Source: Candidatus Sumerlaeales bacterium
GTDB lineage: Bacteria > Sumerlaeota > Sumerlaeia > Sumerlaeales > Sumerlaeaceae
Direction of reading: 5' to 3'
Assembly: GCA_038243585.1 (NCBI GenBank)
Contig: JBBSQY010000020.1
Span: forward strand, 1-52,762
DNA length: 52,762 nucleotides
The translations under genes and the position numbers were made by a program. Under the pieces are notes generated by a model. It was not told the DNA's origin. It made no database searches and saw only the letters and a list, made by a program, of their open reading frames with translations. Position 1 is the stretch's first letter; each line of letters begins with the position of its first letter. Shown here piece by piece: positions 26,465 to 36,692 of the stretch.

Positions 26465-27132
26465 CTCGCCAATCCTTCCAAAATCTCATTTAAGTTCCCG
26501 TGCGGGAATACCGCGCCCCGAATCCTCCAGTAATGTCTCCCATAACTGCAACTCTGCCAGAAGGAAACAAACAAAACATCTACCACATCCGAAAAGAAAG
26601 AGGCAACCTCCAGCTGCACCGACAACACAAACCACCGGCACCGCCCCACCTCACCCAGATTTAATAAGCGCAAAAACCCTCAAAAGTAAAAAAAACGAAA
26701 ACACAGGCAAAACACCGCGCACAGCCAGCACCCACGGACCCCAGCGCAGAAAAACCCTCAAAAACGCTAAATGCCCGCTCATCCGCCTCCCATAAAGGAA
26801 TCCCCATAAAAACTATGACATGAAATAAGCGACCATTTTAGGCGGGAATGACCCGCCCAGCAGTGCGAAACATCTTTGCGTTTCCCCTGGTCTTAGCCAA
26901 ACGTCCACTCCATCACATTTAAACGAACTGGAACTTTTTGGATTGCGGCTCTGACCTATCCCGTTTACACTAAATATTATACTTGCCATAGCAAACAGGC
27001 CGACCATTGATTTCTTAAAATGTCCAAGGTTCCTTAGTTGCAAAGCTTTGACAAATACAGTATTAACCAGTAGGGCGGCGCGTCTGCGTTGCCCGATGCC
27101 AAAACATTATTTACGGAAAGAGCGCCGCGCCA

Positions 27133-27720
27133 ATGGCTGACAGCCTGAACGAGAACGAAGCGATCCAGCCTGAGGGCGAGGGCGATGTCCCCGCCGCCAG
27201 AAACCAATCCGTTACTATATCTGATATTGAAAAACTGTTTGTGCTGATGCGTGAAAACGAGATAGCCGAACTGGAAATTGAACAGGATCAAACAAAAATC
27301 CACATTGTAAGCAAGGGATCACCGGATAACCAGGGGCAAATGATTCAGTATATGCCTGCTGGAATGCAGCCAATGCAGATGATTCCCATGCAGAACCAGG
27401 GAACTGGCGAACCGTCCAGTACCCCAGCTCCACAAGGCGAAGGATCTCGCGACAGCGAAACCGCCCCGGCTACCCCCTCGAACACAAAAACTGTTCTTTC
27501 CCCCATGGTCGGCACCTTCTACCGCTCGCCTGGTCCCGATTCCGGCTCGTTTGTAAACGAAGGCGACATCGTTAATGAGGAAAGCGTCCTTTGCATTATC
27601 GAAGCCATGAAACTTATGAACGAAATCAAAGCGGAAACCCGCGGGAAAATCGTTCGTATACTTGTGGAGAACGGTATGCCCGTCGAATTTAATCAGCCGC
27701 TGTTTCTGTTAGAACCCTGA
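27133..27720 (+). CDS. accB: acetyl-CoA carboxylase biotin carboxyl carrier protein
   Basis: [22 protein letters not shown] biotinylation motif, PVEFNQPLF. Confidence 0.96.
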   Translation: MADSLNENEAIQPEGEGDVPAARNQSVTISDIEKLFVLMRENEIAELEIEQDQTKIHIVSKGSPDNQGQMIQYMPAGMQPMQMIPMQNQGTGEPSSTPAPQGEGSRDSETAPATPSNTKTVLSPMVGTFYRSPGPDSGSFVNEGDIVNEESVLCIIEAMKLMNEIKAETRGKIVRILVENGMPVEFNQPLFLLEP

Positions 27721-27761
27721 TCATCACCTCAAAACCTATACCGGATTGTCGCAGCCACTGA

Positions 27762-29102
27762 ATGTTTAAGAAAATATTGATCGCAAATAGGGGCGAAATC
27801 GCCCTGCGAGTTATCCGCGCGTGCCGAGAACTCGGCATCCGCACCGTAGCCGTATATTCTGAAGCCGACGCCAACTCGCTTCATCGCCGCCTCGCGGATG
27901 AAGACGTATGCATAGGCCCCGGGCCAAGCCGCGACAGTTACCTTAATGTCTCGCGCATTATCAGCGCGGCAGAGATTACCGACGCAGACGCCATCCATCC
28001 AGGCTACGGATTTCTGGCGGAAAACGACGCTTTTGCAGAACTCTGCATGAAGTGTAAAATCAAATTCATCGGCCCTCCGCCGGAAGTTATCGCCCGCATG
28101 GGCGATAAGGCGGAGGCGAAAAAAGCCATGCGCAAGGCCGGAGTACCGGTTACGCCAGGCAGCGTTGGCCTGATATCCGACTTGCAGGAAGCGACAGCAC
28201 TGGCCGCCGAAATGGGCTATCCAGTTATCATCAAAGCCTCCGCAGGCGGCGGTGGGCGTGGAATGCGTGTTGCCCATACCCAGGTTGCTCTCTCTTCAGC
28301 CCTGTCTACCGCCCAGGCCGAAGCCGAAAAAGCTTTCGGAAACGCCGGCGTATATATCGAGAAGTATATTGAAAATCCGAAACACGTCGAAGTACAAATT
28401 CTAGCCGATGAACATGGCAACGTGATCCATCTGGGCGAACGCGATTGCAGCGTGCAACGTCGTCACCAGAAGTTAATCGAAGAGAGTCCGTGCCCGGTGA
28501 TGGACGAAAAAAGCCGGAAGAAACTAGGCGAAGCCGCCGTGCGTGCCGCCAAGGCCGTGGGCTACTGTAACGCCGGTACTATCGAATTTCTTATGGATGA
28601 ACATAAGAACTTTTATTTCATGGAAATGAACACCCGCATCCAGGTGGAGCACCCGGTCACTGAACAAGTTACAAGTATTGATCTGGTAAAAGAACAGATC
28701 CGCGTGGCTGCCGGAGAAAAGTTGCGCTTTAAACAAGAGGATGTTCGATTTACCGGTCACGCCATTGAGTGCCGAATCAACGCCGAAGACCCATCACGCA
28801 ACTTCATGCCATCTCCCGGCAAAGTCACCACCTACCACGTGCCCGGAGGACCTGGCGTACGGGTTGACAGTCACGTTTACGAGGAATACGTTATTCCTCC
28901 GTTTTACGATTCCATGATTGCCAAGCTCATCGTGACTGGGGCCGACCGCCATGAAGCCATCTGTCGCATGGATCGGGCTCTTGCGGAGTTCATCATTGAA
29001 GGTGTAGCGACTACCATCCCGTTTCACCAGAAGGTTATCCGCAGCGAACCCTTCCTGCGGGGAGATTTCGGCACTGGTTTCGTAGAGACCTTCTGGAAAT
29101 AA
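27762..29102 (+). CDS. accC: acetyl-CoA carboxylase biotin carboxylase subunit
   Basis: [54 protein letters not shown]. Confidence 0.98.
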   Translation: MFKKILIANRGEIALRVIRACRELGIRTVAVYSEADANSLHRRLADEDVCIGPGPSRDSYLNVSRIISAAEITDADAIHPGYGFLAENDAFAELCMKCKIKFIGPPPEVIARMGDKAEAKKAMRKAGVPVTPGSVGLISDLQEATALAAEMGYPVIIKASAGGGGRGMRVAHTQVALSSALSTAQAEAEKAFGNAGVYIEKYIENPKHVEVQILADEHGNVIHLGERDCSVQRRHQKLIEESPCPVMDEKSRKKLGEAAVRAAKAVGYCNAGTIEFLMDEHKNFYFMEMNTRIQVEHPVTEQVTSIDLVKEQIRVAAGEKLRFKQEDVRFTGHAIECRINAEDPSRNFMPSPGKVTTYHVPGGPGVRVDSHVYEEYVIPPFYDSMIAKLIVTGADRHEAICRMDRALAEFIIEGVATTIPFHQKVIRSEPFLRGDFGTGFVETFWK

Positions 29103-29103
29103 T

Positions 29104-29134
29104 AAAAAAGCAGGGCCGGAAAACCGGCCCTGCT
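29104..29134. terminator. intrinsic terminator between accC and the convergent ferritin-like gene
   Basis: AGCAGGGCCGG-aaaa-CCGGCCCTGCT preceded by an A-run, giving a U-tail on the minus strand. Confidence 0.85.
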
Positions 29135-29199
29135 CCTGTAGACTGTCTAGTTATAATCGTGTGGCTTGAACACATCTCCTTTAAAAGCGAGAATGCTTC

Positions 29200-29694
29200 T
29201 TAGGACTGGCTGAGAGCATCCACGTTGATTTTTTCCGAAAGCGCCGTCAGCTTCTTGTCTGTATCGCCTTCTTCATCCAACGTCTTCTGAAGAATGGTTT
29301 TGGCTTTATCCAGCCCCATAAGGCCAGCCCAGGTGCGCAGACAACCATAAGCAGCCATTTCATAATGCTCTACCCGCTGAGCAGAACCGATTAATGCAGC
29401 GTCCTTTACATCCGGATCAGCTTTTTCCTTAACAACCTCTTCGCCTTCTTCGATCAGCCCCTGCATGGCCTTACAGGCTTTTCTGGTTGGCTTTTTGTCA
29501 ATCATTTCAAAGACCTGTTCGAGGCGGGCGATGTGTTCTTTGCTCTGCTCTAAATGGGCTTCGAATCCGGCTTTAAGTTTGGGAGACGTCGCGGCCTTCG
29601 CCATCTTCGGCAACGCCTTTACGATCTGATGCTCCGCGTCATAAACGTCTTTCAATTCGTCGTGAAACAGATCCTGCAGTTCTTCCATCTTCAT
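29200..29694 (-). CDS. YciE/YciF (DUF892) ferritin-like stress protein
   Basis: LKDVYDAEHQIVKALPKM, CKAMQGLIEE, AQRVEHYEMAAYG, EEGDTDKKL. Confidence 0.93.
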   Translation of the reverse strand: MKMEELQDLFHDELKDVYDAEHQIVKALPKMAKAATSPKLKAGFEAHLEQSKEHIARLEQVFEMIDKKPTRKACKAMQGLIEEGEEVVKEKADPDVKDAALIGSAQRVEHYEMAAYGCLRTWAGLMGLDKAKTILQKTLDEEGDTDKKLTALSEKINVDALSQS

Positions 29695-29746
29695 GTTATT
29701 TCCTCGTTAGTATTTTTTTCGCCGGTGAGAGCGTGATTAAACACAA

Positions 29747-29762
29747 AGCAAATCCAGGGCCA
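29747..29762 (-). promoter_or_regulatory. putative sigma54 promoter for the YciF-like gene
   Basis: Minus-strand TGGCCCTGGATTTGCT matches TGGC-N7-TTGCT, about 50 nt upstream of the ATG. Confidence 0.6.
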
Positions 29763-29788
29763 ATTTCAGTTTAAACGAATTTGCCCAC

Positions 29789-29804
29789 TGGCATAAGAAA
29801 AGCT
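29789..29804 (+). promoter_or_regulatory. possible sigma54 promoter for the FAD/Rieske gene
   Basis: TGGCATAAGAAAAGCT, GG-N10-GC, just upstream of GGAGG and ATG 29834. Confidence 0.4.
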
Positions 29805-29833
29805 TTTGTTTCCGGTTATCTGGAGGATTACCA

Positions 29834-31363
29834 ATGGAGCAAAATTCTGGCAGCACGGAGTCTGTCTGGCTCAACTCCGCAAATTTCCCGCCTTCTGACG
29901 CTCTTACCGAAACCGAATGCGATGTGTGCATAGTCGGAGGAGGAGTAGCTGGTTTGTCCTGTGCATACCAGTTATGCCAGGAAGGCGTAAGCGTTATCCT
30001 GGTTGATGATGGACCCCTTGCAGGTGGAGAAACCTGCCGTACCACGGCTCATCTGTCCAGCGTCGCAGATGACTTATTTTCTGAAATAGAAAGACTCCAC
30101 GGCAAGGAGGGGGCGCGTATTACCTACGAAAGCCATGCAGCTGCCATTGATCGCATTGAAGAGATAGTTACTATCGAAAATATCGATTGCGACTTTCAGC
30201 GGCTGGATGGATACCTCTTTCCAGCGGACAATATGGATGACGAAGCCATGCGCGAAGAATATGAGGCGGCGGTCCGCGCGGGATTTCACGACGCGCAGTA
30301 CCCGGCGAATACACCCCTTCCTTCTATTTCCTCGCGGCCGTCTATTAGATTTCCTCGACAGGCTCAGTTCGACATGATTAAATATTTGGTGGGAGTGGCC
30401 AAGGCCGTGCAGCGGGACGGCGGCAAACTGGTGACTAACCAGGCGGTAGAAAGCGTCTCCGAAGAGGATGAAACCGCAATTATAAAACTTGCGAATGGTG
30501 CTACGGTAACTGCCCGCCATGCTATTGTGGCCACCAATGCTCCAATTGTCAGCCTCACCATTCAGGTGCGACAGGCACCGTATCGCACATACGCGTTATC
30601 CGCCGATATAGCTCCATCCGCCGTCCCGGCGGCTCTATATTGGGATACCCTTGATCCCTACCATTATGTGCGCCTGCAAAAAGGAGACACGTTAAAGGAC
30701 GGGGAAACTGATCAGATCATCATCGGCGGCGAAGATCACAAGACCGGACTTGCAGACGATGCAGAAGCCAGGTTCGAAAAACTGCTGGAATGGGCTCGCC
30801 CGCGTTTTCCCGGCATTGGCGCTGTCCGGCATAAGTGGTCGGGCCAGGTGATGGAACCAGTGGACTACGTTGCCTTTATCGGCAAAGTTCCTGGCCGATC
30901 CAATATCTTTCTGACTACCGGCGATTCTGGGATGGGCATAACTCACAGCACCATTGCGGCCCTCCTTATTTCCGATCTTATTCATGGGCGTGACAATCCC
31001 TGGGCCGAGCTTTACAGCCCAAACCGTGTTACGCTGAAATCTCTCCCGACCATGCTGAAAGAAAACTTTACTGCAGTCCCGCGCCTTGGGGCGCAGCTTA
31101 CGCCGGGGGAAATCAAATGCCGCGATGACCTCGAGCCCGGCTCTGCGGCAGTCATCCGTCATGGCAGAAAAAAGGTGGGAGTTTACCGGGACGACGCCGG
31201 AGCCTTCCACCAGGTGTCCGCAACCTGTACCCACCTGGGCTGCGTTGTCGCGTGGAATCCTTTAGAGAAGTCGTGGGACTGTCCATGTCACGGTTCCCGA
31301 TTTGATGTGGACGGCACAGTACTAAACGGCCCGGCGACCACGCCCCTTTCGAGGGAGGGGTAA
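29834..31363 (+). CDS. FAD-dependent oxidoreductase with C-terminal Rieske [2Fe-2S] domain (YhfW-like)
   Basis: [30 protein letters not shown]…[10 protein letters not shown]. Confidence 0.93.
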   Translation: MEQNSGSTESVWLNSANFPPSDALTETECDVCIVGGGVAGLSCAYQLCQEGVSVILVDDGPLAGGETCRTTAHLSSVADDLFSEIERLHGKEGARITYESHAAAIDRIEEIVTIENIDCDFQRLDGYLFPADNMDDEAMREEYEAAVRAGFHDAQYPANTPLPSISSRPSIRFPRQAQFDMIKYLVGVAKAVQRDGGKLVTNQAVESVSEEDETAIIKLANGATVTARHAIVATNAPIVSLTIQVRQAPYRTYALSADIAPSAVPAALYWDTLDPYHYVRLQKGDTLKDGETDQIIIGGEDHKTGLADDAEARFEKLLEWARPRFPGIGAVRHKWSGQVMEPVDYVAFIGKVPGRSNIFLTTGDSGMGITHSTIAALLISDLIHGRDNPWAELYSPNRVTLKSLPTMLKENFTAVPRLGAQLTPGEIKCRDDLEPGSAAVIRHGRKKVGVYRDDAGAFHQVSATCTHLGCVVAWNPLEKSWDCPCHGSRFDVDGTVLNGPATTPLSREG

Positions 31364-31466
31364 ATAAGATTCAGAATCGTCGGACAAATCCTACAGGTCT
31401 GCTGAACTGAGGTAAGTTCCTAAATAACAGTGGACGGTGTGGTATTAAAATTTTACGAATCATTCT

Positions 31467-33344
31467 ATGGCTACAACCCCCTTAATTCACACACCTAATC
31501 CAGACGTCGCCGACGGACGTCTGAACCACATTCAAGCCCTGCACCGCATCGGCCTGGCTATGGCATCGACTCTCAGCGTCACTAACATCATGGACATTGT
31601 GCTGAACGAAGTCCGGGACCTGACCAGCGCTAAAAGTGCAACCATTTTCATTCTTGATCGCAACAGCCAGCTTCTGATTCCGCGATTAAGCAAGGGGGAA
31701 CCCGTTGAACGATCGCCGTTAGACCTGCAAACCAGCAGCGACCTGGCAGTGCAGGTGGCTCATACGGGCAAAGCCGCGCAACTTGTCGACGACTGCGAAT
31801 CATTCCCAAGTGCGGTTTCAACTCGGCCGGACGCCCTCCATTCCTGCTGTCGACTTTGCCTGCCTCTCATTGCCGGCGAAGAAACGATGGGAGTGATTGA
31901 CCTGGAATCGCATCCCCGATGCGTCCGCTATGGAATAGATGTGGAAGAACTACTGGTCACGATTGCAAGTCAGGCCGCACTGGTGTTGCGAAACGCAGAG
32001 ACCCATGAAGATCTGGAACAGCATTACAGGGAACTGTCACTGCTTTATGAAATCCAGCAGGAGGTATCTTCGACGCTGGAATATAAAAAAGTTCTCAAGT
32101 TGATAGTAGACCGGACCCGCCGCCTCATGCACGGATCCGAATGCACTATTCGCCTGGTTGAGAATCAAGGGCCGCGTAAGATTGTGCGCGTCGCGGCCAC
32201 CACTGCCAACAGTCATATAGGCCCCAGCTCGATGCCCCTGGAAGAATCGCTCATCGATCTTCAAGTGTTCGGCGGTGAGCTTATTGCGATTGAAGATATT
32301 CGCGCTGATCCGCGCCTGTCCTACCGCGCGGATGCAGAAAAGGCAAATATTGTATCAATGCTATGCGCGCCGCTTACCGCCCGCCGGCGCGTGCTGGGCA
32401 GCATACGACTTTATACGAACGAGCGGCGAGATTTCGACGTTTCTGACCGTAAAATGTTTCTGGCCATCGCGGGCATGGCCGCTACAGCCATTGATAACTC
32501 CAGACTTTACACAGAAGTTGAGGAGAAAAACAAAGAGCTTCTCACCACCAATAAAACCCTTCGCAGCACTCAGAAGCAGCTTGTGCAGAAGGAAAAGCTG
32601 GCAGCCCTGGGAGAAATGGCCGCCACCGTTGCCCATGAGATTCGCAATCCTCTGACCTCCGTCCGCGGCTTTGCCCAGCGGATCGCGCGCAAGTATCCCG
32701 ACACCGGCGATGGCCGCTTGCTGGAGTATACAGGCATCATTATTGAAGAGGTTGACCGGCTTAACAAATTTATAAAAGACGTGCTGGACTTTGCTCGCCG
32801 CGTAAAACCGGAATTCACAAAGATAAACGTAAATCACCTACTGAGCGAAATCATTACTTTGATGCGGGACGAGCTAACCGCCCAAAGCATCGTCGTGGTG
32901 TCTGACCTTGATATGAAGGTCTCAGAGATTTACGCTGATGAAGTGCTGCTCAAACAGGCATTTCTAAATATCCTGCAGAATTCCCGCCAGGCCATGGGCA
33001 AAGGTGGAGTTCTTCTGATCCGCACCCAAAATTTCGAACGCGAAGTACGCATAAGAATCGCTGACGACGGGCACGGGATACCGCGGGAACTGCTACAAAA
33101 AGTTTGGACCCCATTTTACACCACCAAGGTGCAGGGCACCGGCCTGGGGCTTAGCCTCGTACTGCGAATTATCGATGACCATCATGGCAAACTTTTCATC
33201 AGGAGTCGCGTCCAGCACGGCACAGTAATCGACATCCGGTTCCCCATCATGGATGATCCGGAAGAGTTGCTGCTCCACGGCGGAACGAATTCAGGACATT
33301 TGCCCGAATCAATAAGCGAGCGCGGGCCGGCGTCGTCAGACTAG
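31467..33344 (+). CDS. cytoplasmic GAF-GAF sensor histidine kinase (NtrB-like HisKA/HATPase)
   Basis: Two GAF-like regions, LGEMAATVAHEIRNPL, NILQNS, DDGHGI, FYTTK…GTGLGL; no TM segments. Confidence 0.93.
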   Translation: MATTPLIHTPNPDVADGRLNHIQALHRIGLAMASTLSVTNIMDIVLNEVRDLTSAKSATIFILDRNSQLLIPRLSKGEPVERSPLDLQTSSDLAVQVAHTGKAAQLVDDCESFPSAVSTRPDALHSCCRLCLPLIAGEETMGVIDLESHPRCVRYGIDVEELLVTIASQAALVLRNAETHEDLEQHYRELSLLYEIQQEVSSTLEYKKVLKLIVDRTRRLMHGSECTIRLVENQGPRKIVRVAATTANSHIGPSSMPLEESLIDLQVFGGELIAIEDIRADPRLSYRADAEKANIVSMLCAPLTARRRVLGSIRLYTNERRDFDVSDRKMFLAIAGMAATAIDNSRLYTEVEEKNKELLTTNKTLRSTQKQLVQKEKLAALGEMAATVAHEIRNPLTSVRGFAQRIARKYPDTGDGRLLEYTGIIIEEVDRLNKFIKDVLDFARRVKPEFTKINVNHLLSEIITLMRDELTAQSIVVVSDLDMKVSEIYADEVLLKQAFLNILQNSRQAMGKGGVLLIRTQNFEREVRIRIADDGHGIPRELLQKVWTPFYTTKVQGTGLGLSLVLRIIDDHHGKLFIRSRVQHGTVIDIRFPIMDDPEELLLHGGTNSGHLPESISERGPASSD

Positions 33345-33407
33345 TAAAACCGGTATCCGACCACCTCCAGAACCTTGCGCAGAGCACGCCGGGGATTTAA
33401 GTACCTG

Positions 33408-34181
33408 TTACATCTGCTGCGCTGACGGCGCTGTGAACTGATTATCGGGCTTCAAAATTCCTTCATCAATCAGCGCGTCCAGCCACAAGCGATATCCCGT
33501 CTCCGACAGATGAACACCATCCGTGTCCAGGCCTTTTTTAAGTTTTCCGTTTTCGTCCGAAAATCGGCTATACAGATCCACGTAGCGATGTGCCCGCTCC
33601 GCGGCCAGCCGTTTCAGATGTGCATTTAACTCAACAATCGGCTTATGCATGTAATGGAAATCCGGCTTACTCACCGGCAGGATCGACTGGACAATAATAT
33701 CCGCTTCCGGGGCCACGACCTTGATATTATCTAGTAACAGCCCATAAGCCGCCACCATGTTTTCCATCGGCGGTCCCCCTGGCAACATATCATTGATCCC
33801 GATCATAAGAAAAACCTGTTTCGGCTCAACCACCTTCACACTAGTATCCAGTCGATCCAGAACACCGACGAACTTCCAACCGCCAATGTGATCACTGCCG
33901 ATGCCCCTGTTCACCACATTTTCGCCGGGAAACAAACCCGGCGGCCACCGACTCGTAATCGAATCTCCCAGCAATACCGTGCCGCCTTTGGGCGCCGTCG
34001 TCTCCATACTGCGAAAACGGGCCACAGAATTCAGCCAGTTTTCACTGGGCTTCTTCTTCGACGCGTCAAGAATCAGACTAGCACCAGCGCTGGTTTCCGT
34101 CAGGGTCATGCTCGTCGTCTCAGCTAAAGCAGGCTGGGCAAATGCACTTAATACAGTTAAGATTCCGGCCAGTAATCTCAA
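33408..34181 (-). CDS. exported GDSL/SGNH hydrolase
   Basis: LLGDSIT, NRGIG, MIGIND, DGVHLS; signal peptide. Confidence 0.9.
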   Translation of the reverse strand: MRLLAGILTVLSAFAQPALAETTSMTLTETSAGASLILDASKKKPSENWLNSVARFRSMETTAPKGGTVLLGDSITSRWPPGLFPGENVVNRGIGSDHIGGWKFVGVLDRLDTSVKVVEPKQVFLMIGINDMLPGGPPMENMVAAYGLLLDNIKVVAPEADIIVQSILPVSKPDFHYMHKPIVELNAHLKRLAAERAHRYVDLYSRFSDENGKLKKGLDTDGVHLSETGYRLWLDALIDEGILKPDNQFTAPSAQQM

Positions 34182-34442
34182 TATAAAACCTCATCCGCTC
34201 AAGTAGATGACTGTCTCAAACAATATTAAGCAGGCCCGACAAGCTCTTTTTAGTCCCTGTCGCTTAATCCGACGACGTGGCAGGTTCAGCTGCGCCGCTA
34301 AACGTTTTCTTGGCGTTCATATAAGCCTCGAAACGACCCCACAAAATTATTGGATTCTTAACCGGTACATAAAGTTGCCTGAGGGGGGCCTTCGGATGTC
34401 TTACCAAAGGCGAACTTTCAGGACTGACAGAGGGAACTTTTT

Positions 34443-35714
34443 TTGAAGACAGAGAGCATCCGAAAAATAGTTCTGAGCAACGGCATCCGCATTGTACTAG
34501 AGCGCATTCCTTACGTGCGTAGCGCCAGTTTAGGCCTGTACATGGATGTCGGAAGCCGCAATGAAACCACCACAGAAAGCGGCTTGACCCATTTTATAGA
34601 GCACATGTTTTTCAAGGGCACCGACAAATACAACCCGGTCCAGCTCAGCCAGGAAATCAACCGCATCGGCGGTAATGTAAACGCCTGGACGACTCAGGAA
34701 AACGTGGTTCTCACCGCTAAAGTTGTCGACGAGCATATTGGCCGAGCCATTGATCTACTCCACGACATGTACCGGAACAGCATTTTCGCAGCGGACGAGA
34801 TTGATCGCGAACGAAATGTGATCTTGGAAGAGGTGAAAATGTACGACGACACGCCGGATGAGCTGGTGGTCGACGTATTTATGGATAAGCTGTATGCGGG
34901 AAACCCCCTTGGCCAGCCTATCCTCGGAAGTCCGGAAAATATCCAGCGTTTTTGCCGGGAGGATCTCCAGAATTTTGTTGGGAAAGAGTTTTCTCCAAGC
35001 CGACTGGTCATAGCCATTGCCGGCAATTTTGACCTGCGCCGGGTCGAGCCACACCTGCGCCGTCTATTTGAATCAGTGCCTGCGCCGGATTCTGAACAAA
35101 ATCCGCTTGTCCCGCCGGCTCCGGCATTCCAAAGCCACAATATTGATCGAAAACTGAAACAGGTGCATTTTTGTATGGGTACGACCGGGCCAAGCCGCGG
35201 GAACGACGACCGCTTTCCTTTTGCCATACTAAATACAATCCTTGGCGGCGGGGCCTCCTCCCGCATTTTTCAGGAAGTGCGCGAAAAACGCGGACTGGCT
35301 TATTCCATAGGCAGCTTTGATGTGCTTTTCAAAGACAGCGGCTGCTTCGCCGTCAGCGGCGGCACCAGCCCGCGTAATGCCGCGAAGGTAGTGGATATTT
35401 GTCTTGAGCAGGTGAAACTGGCTTACAGCGCCGATATCACACAGGATGAACTGGAAAGCGCAAAGGAACAGCTAAAATCAGGCATCCTGCTGGGTATGGA
35501 AAGCAGCAGCAACCGCATGTCGCGCCTGGCCGAAAGCGAACTAAATCACGGGCGTTTCATTCCGGTAAACGACGTGCTTGAGCGGGTGCAGAAGATTACA
35601 ATAAATGAAGTTCGGCACGTGGCCGAAAAGTATCTAAAAGATAAACCCGTTACCTTCGCCGGAATAGCGCCCGAAAAGAAGTTTGAACCCTACCTGCAGA
35701 AGATCGCATTTTAA
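34443..35714 (+). CDS. M16 family zinc peptidase
   Basis: GSRNE, HFIEHMFFKGT (HxxEH), ERNVILEE, SSRIFQEVREKRGLAY. Confidence 0.95.
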   Translation: MKTESIRKIVLSNGIRIVLERIPYVRSASLGLYMDVGSRNETTTESGLTHFIEHMFFKGTDKYNPVQLSQEINRIGGNVNAWTTQENVVLTAKVVDEHIGRAIDLLHDMYRNSIFAADEIDRERNVILEEVKMYDDTPDELVVDVFMDKLYAGNPLGQPILGSPENIQRFCREDLQNFVGKEFSPSRLVIAIAGNFDLRRVEPHLRRLFESVPAPDSEQNPLVPPAPAFQSHNIDRKLKQVHFCMGTTGPSRGNDDRFPFAILNTILGGGASSRIFQEVREKRGLAYSIGSFDVLFKDSGCFAVSGGTSPRNAAKVVDICLEQVKLAYSADITQDELESAKEQLKSGILLGMESSSNRMSRLAESELNHGRFIPVNDVLERVQKITINEVRHVAEKYLKDKPVTFAGIAPEKKFEPYLQKIAF

Positions 35715-35758
35715 CTGTTGTTTCTTTTTACCGTTATGTCAAATGCTGAGGTATCTCG

Positions 35759-36019
35759 TTACGCTTCTGAAAGAGAATCCGCGAGTAGTATTGCCGTATT
35801 ATTAGCCACTTCCAAAAAACCGCCCGTTAAAGCAACTTTGCGGGTACCGTCGGCGCCGGTGATGGTCAGATCGCCTTTGCCCAGCGCAGAAATCAGCGGA
35901 GCATGATCAGCCAACACGCCAAAATACCCATCGGCGCCCGGTGCCTGCAACGATGTTACTAACTCATCCACGACTTTCTTTTCCTGCGTAAAAACCTGAA
36001 GGCGAAACTGTTTGGCCAT
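35759..36019 (-). CDS. atpC: F1 ATP synthase epsilon subunit, N-terminal domain only
   Basis: PGADGYFGVLADHAPLISAL and GGFLEV motifs; ends after the beta-sandwich domain. Confidence 0.92.
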   Translation of the reverse strand: MAKQFRLQVFTQEKKVVDELVTSLQAPGADGYFGVLADHAPLISALGKGDLTITGADGTRKVALTGGFLEVANNTAILLADSLSEA

Positions 36020-36158
36020 GTTCTCGTATTAATCCTGTCTGTTCTCTCATCGCTGACAATTCACCGACGACATTCCTGTTAACAATCACAGAGCAAATGT
36101 ATTGGCTCAACGAACAACCGTTTAAAACCGTATAGCTTAATTAATCGAACGGCGCCAA

Positions 36159-36692
36159 CTAATCGAAACGCTTTTCCAAAAGATTTTCTTTGTCGCCCGT
36201 CTTCTGAGAGTTTTCCCGGATGCCGACCCATTCATACCCATGGGAATAATAAAATTTTTGCGCTCTTATGTTGAAATCGCTGACCATCAGACAGATTCGA
36301 TCCAGTCCCGCCGCCTGAATTTTCTCTTCGACGGCATTGAGCAAAACCGCGCCAATGCCACGTCCAGTAGCGCCATCGAATACCGCGAGAGATCCTATAT
36401 AACCGGTATCAGAAACCTCTGACCATTCACACGGCCACGAGACTCCTTCTCGATCGGCAATCTCTTGGCCAAATCCATAATGAAATGTGAGTTGCGCGCC
36501 ATGACGTTCACGGTAAATCACAGCACCACACAAAGAGCCGCTTTCTTCGCTGACTAAAACTTTGCGGCTTGGATTGGTCCGCAGCGCCTCGCGAAGATGT
36601 TCCGCGGTAATATGCAGGCGCGCCCAGGGATCTATTGCTGTTATCTTTTCACAGATAAGGTCAAGCTCCTCCGGCAGAGCCGGCCTGATCAT
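36159..36692 (-). CDS. GNAT family acetyltransferase
   Basis: YIGSLAV…TGRGIG, VSDFNIRAQKFY. Confidence 0.9.
   Translation of the reverse strand: MIRPALPEELDLICEKITAIDPWARLHITAEHLREALRTNPSRKVLVSEESGSLCGAVIYRERHGAQLTFHYGFGQEIADREGVSWPCEWSEVSDTGYIGSLAVFDGATGRGIGAVLLNAVEEKIQAAGLDRICLMVSDFNIRAQKFYYSHGYEWVGIRENSQKTGDKENLLEKRFD

Noticed and set aside
26445..26795. 116-aa basic ORF
   Set aside because: Starts inside a REP unit and stays open because the tract is T-poor.
26813..27043. 76-aa minus-strand ORF with a hydrophobic N-terminal stretch
   Set aside because: TTG start, no clear ribosome-binding site, no recognisable motif, and it lies in the accB upstream region; cannot be supported, though not excluded.
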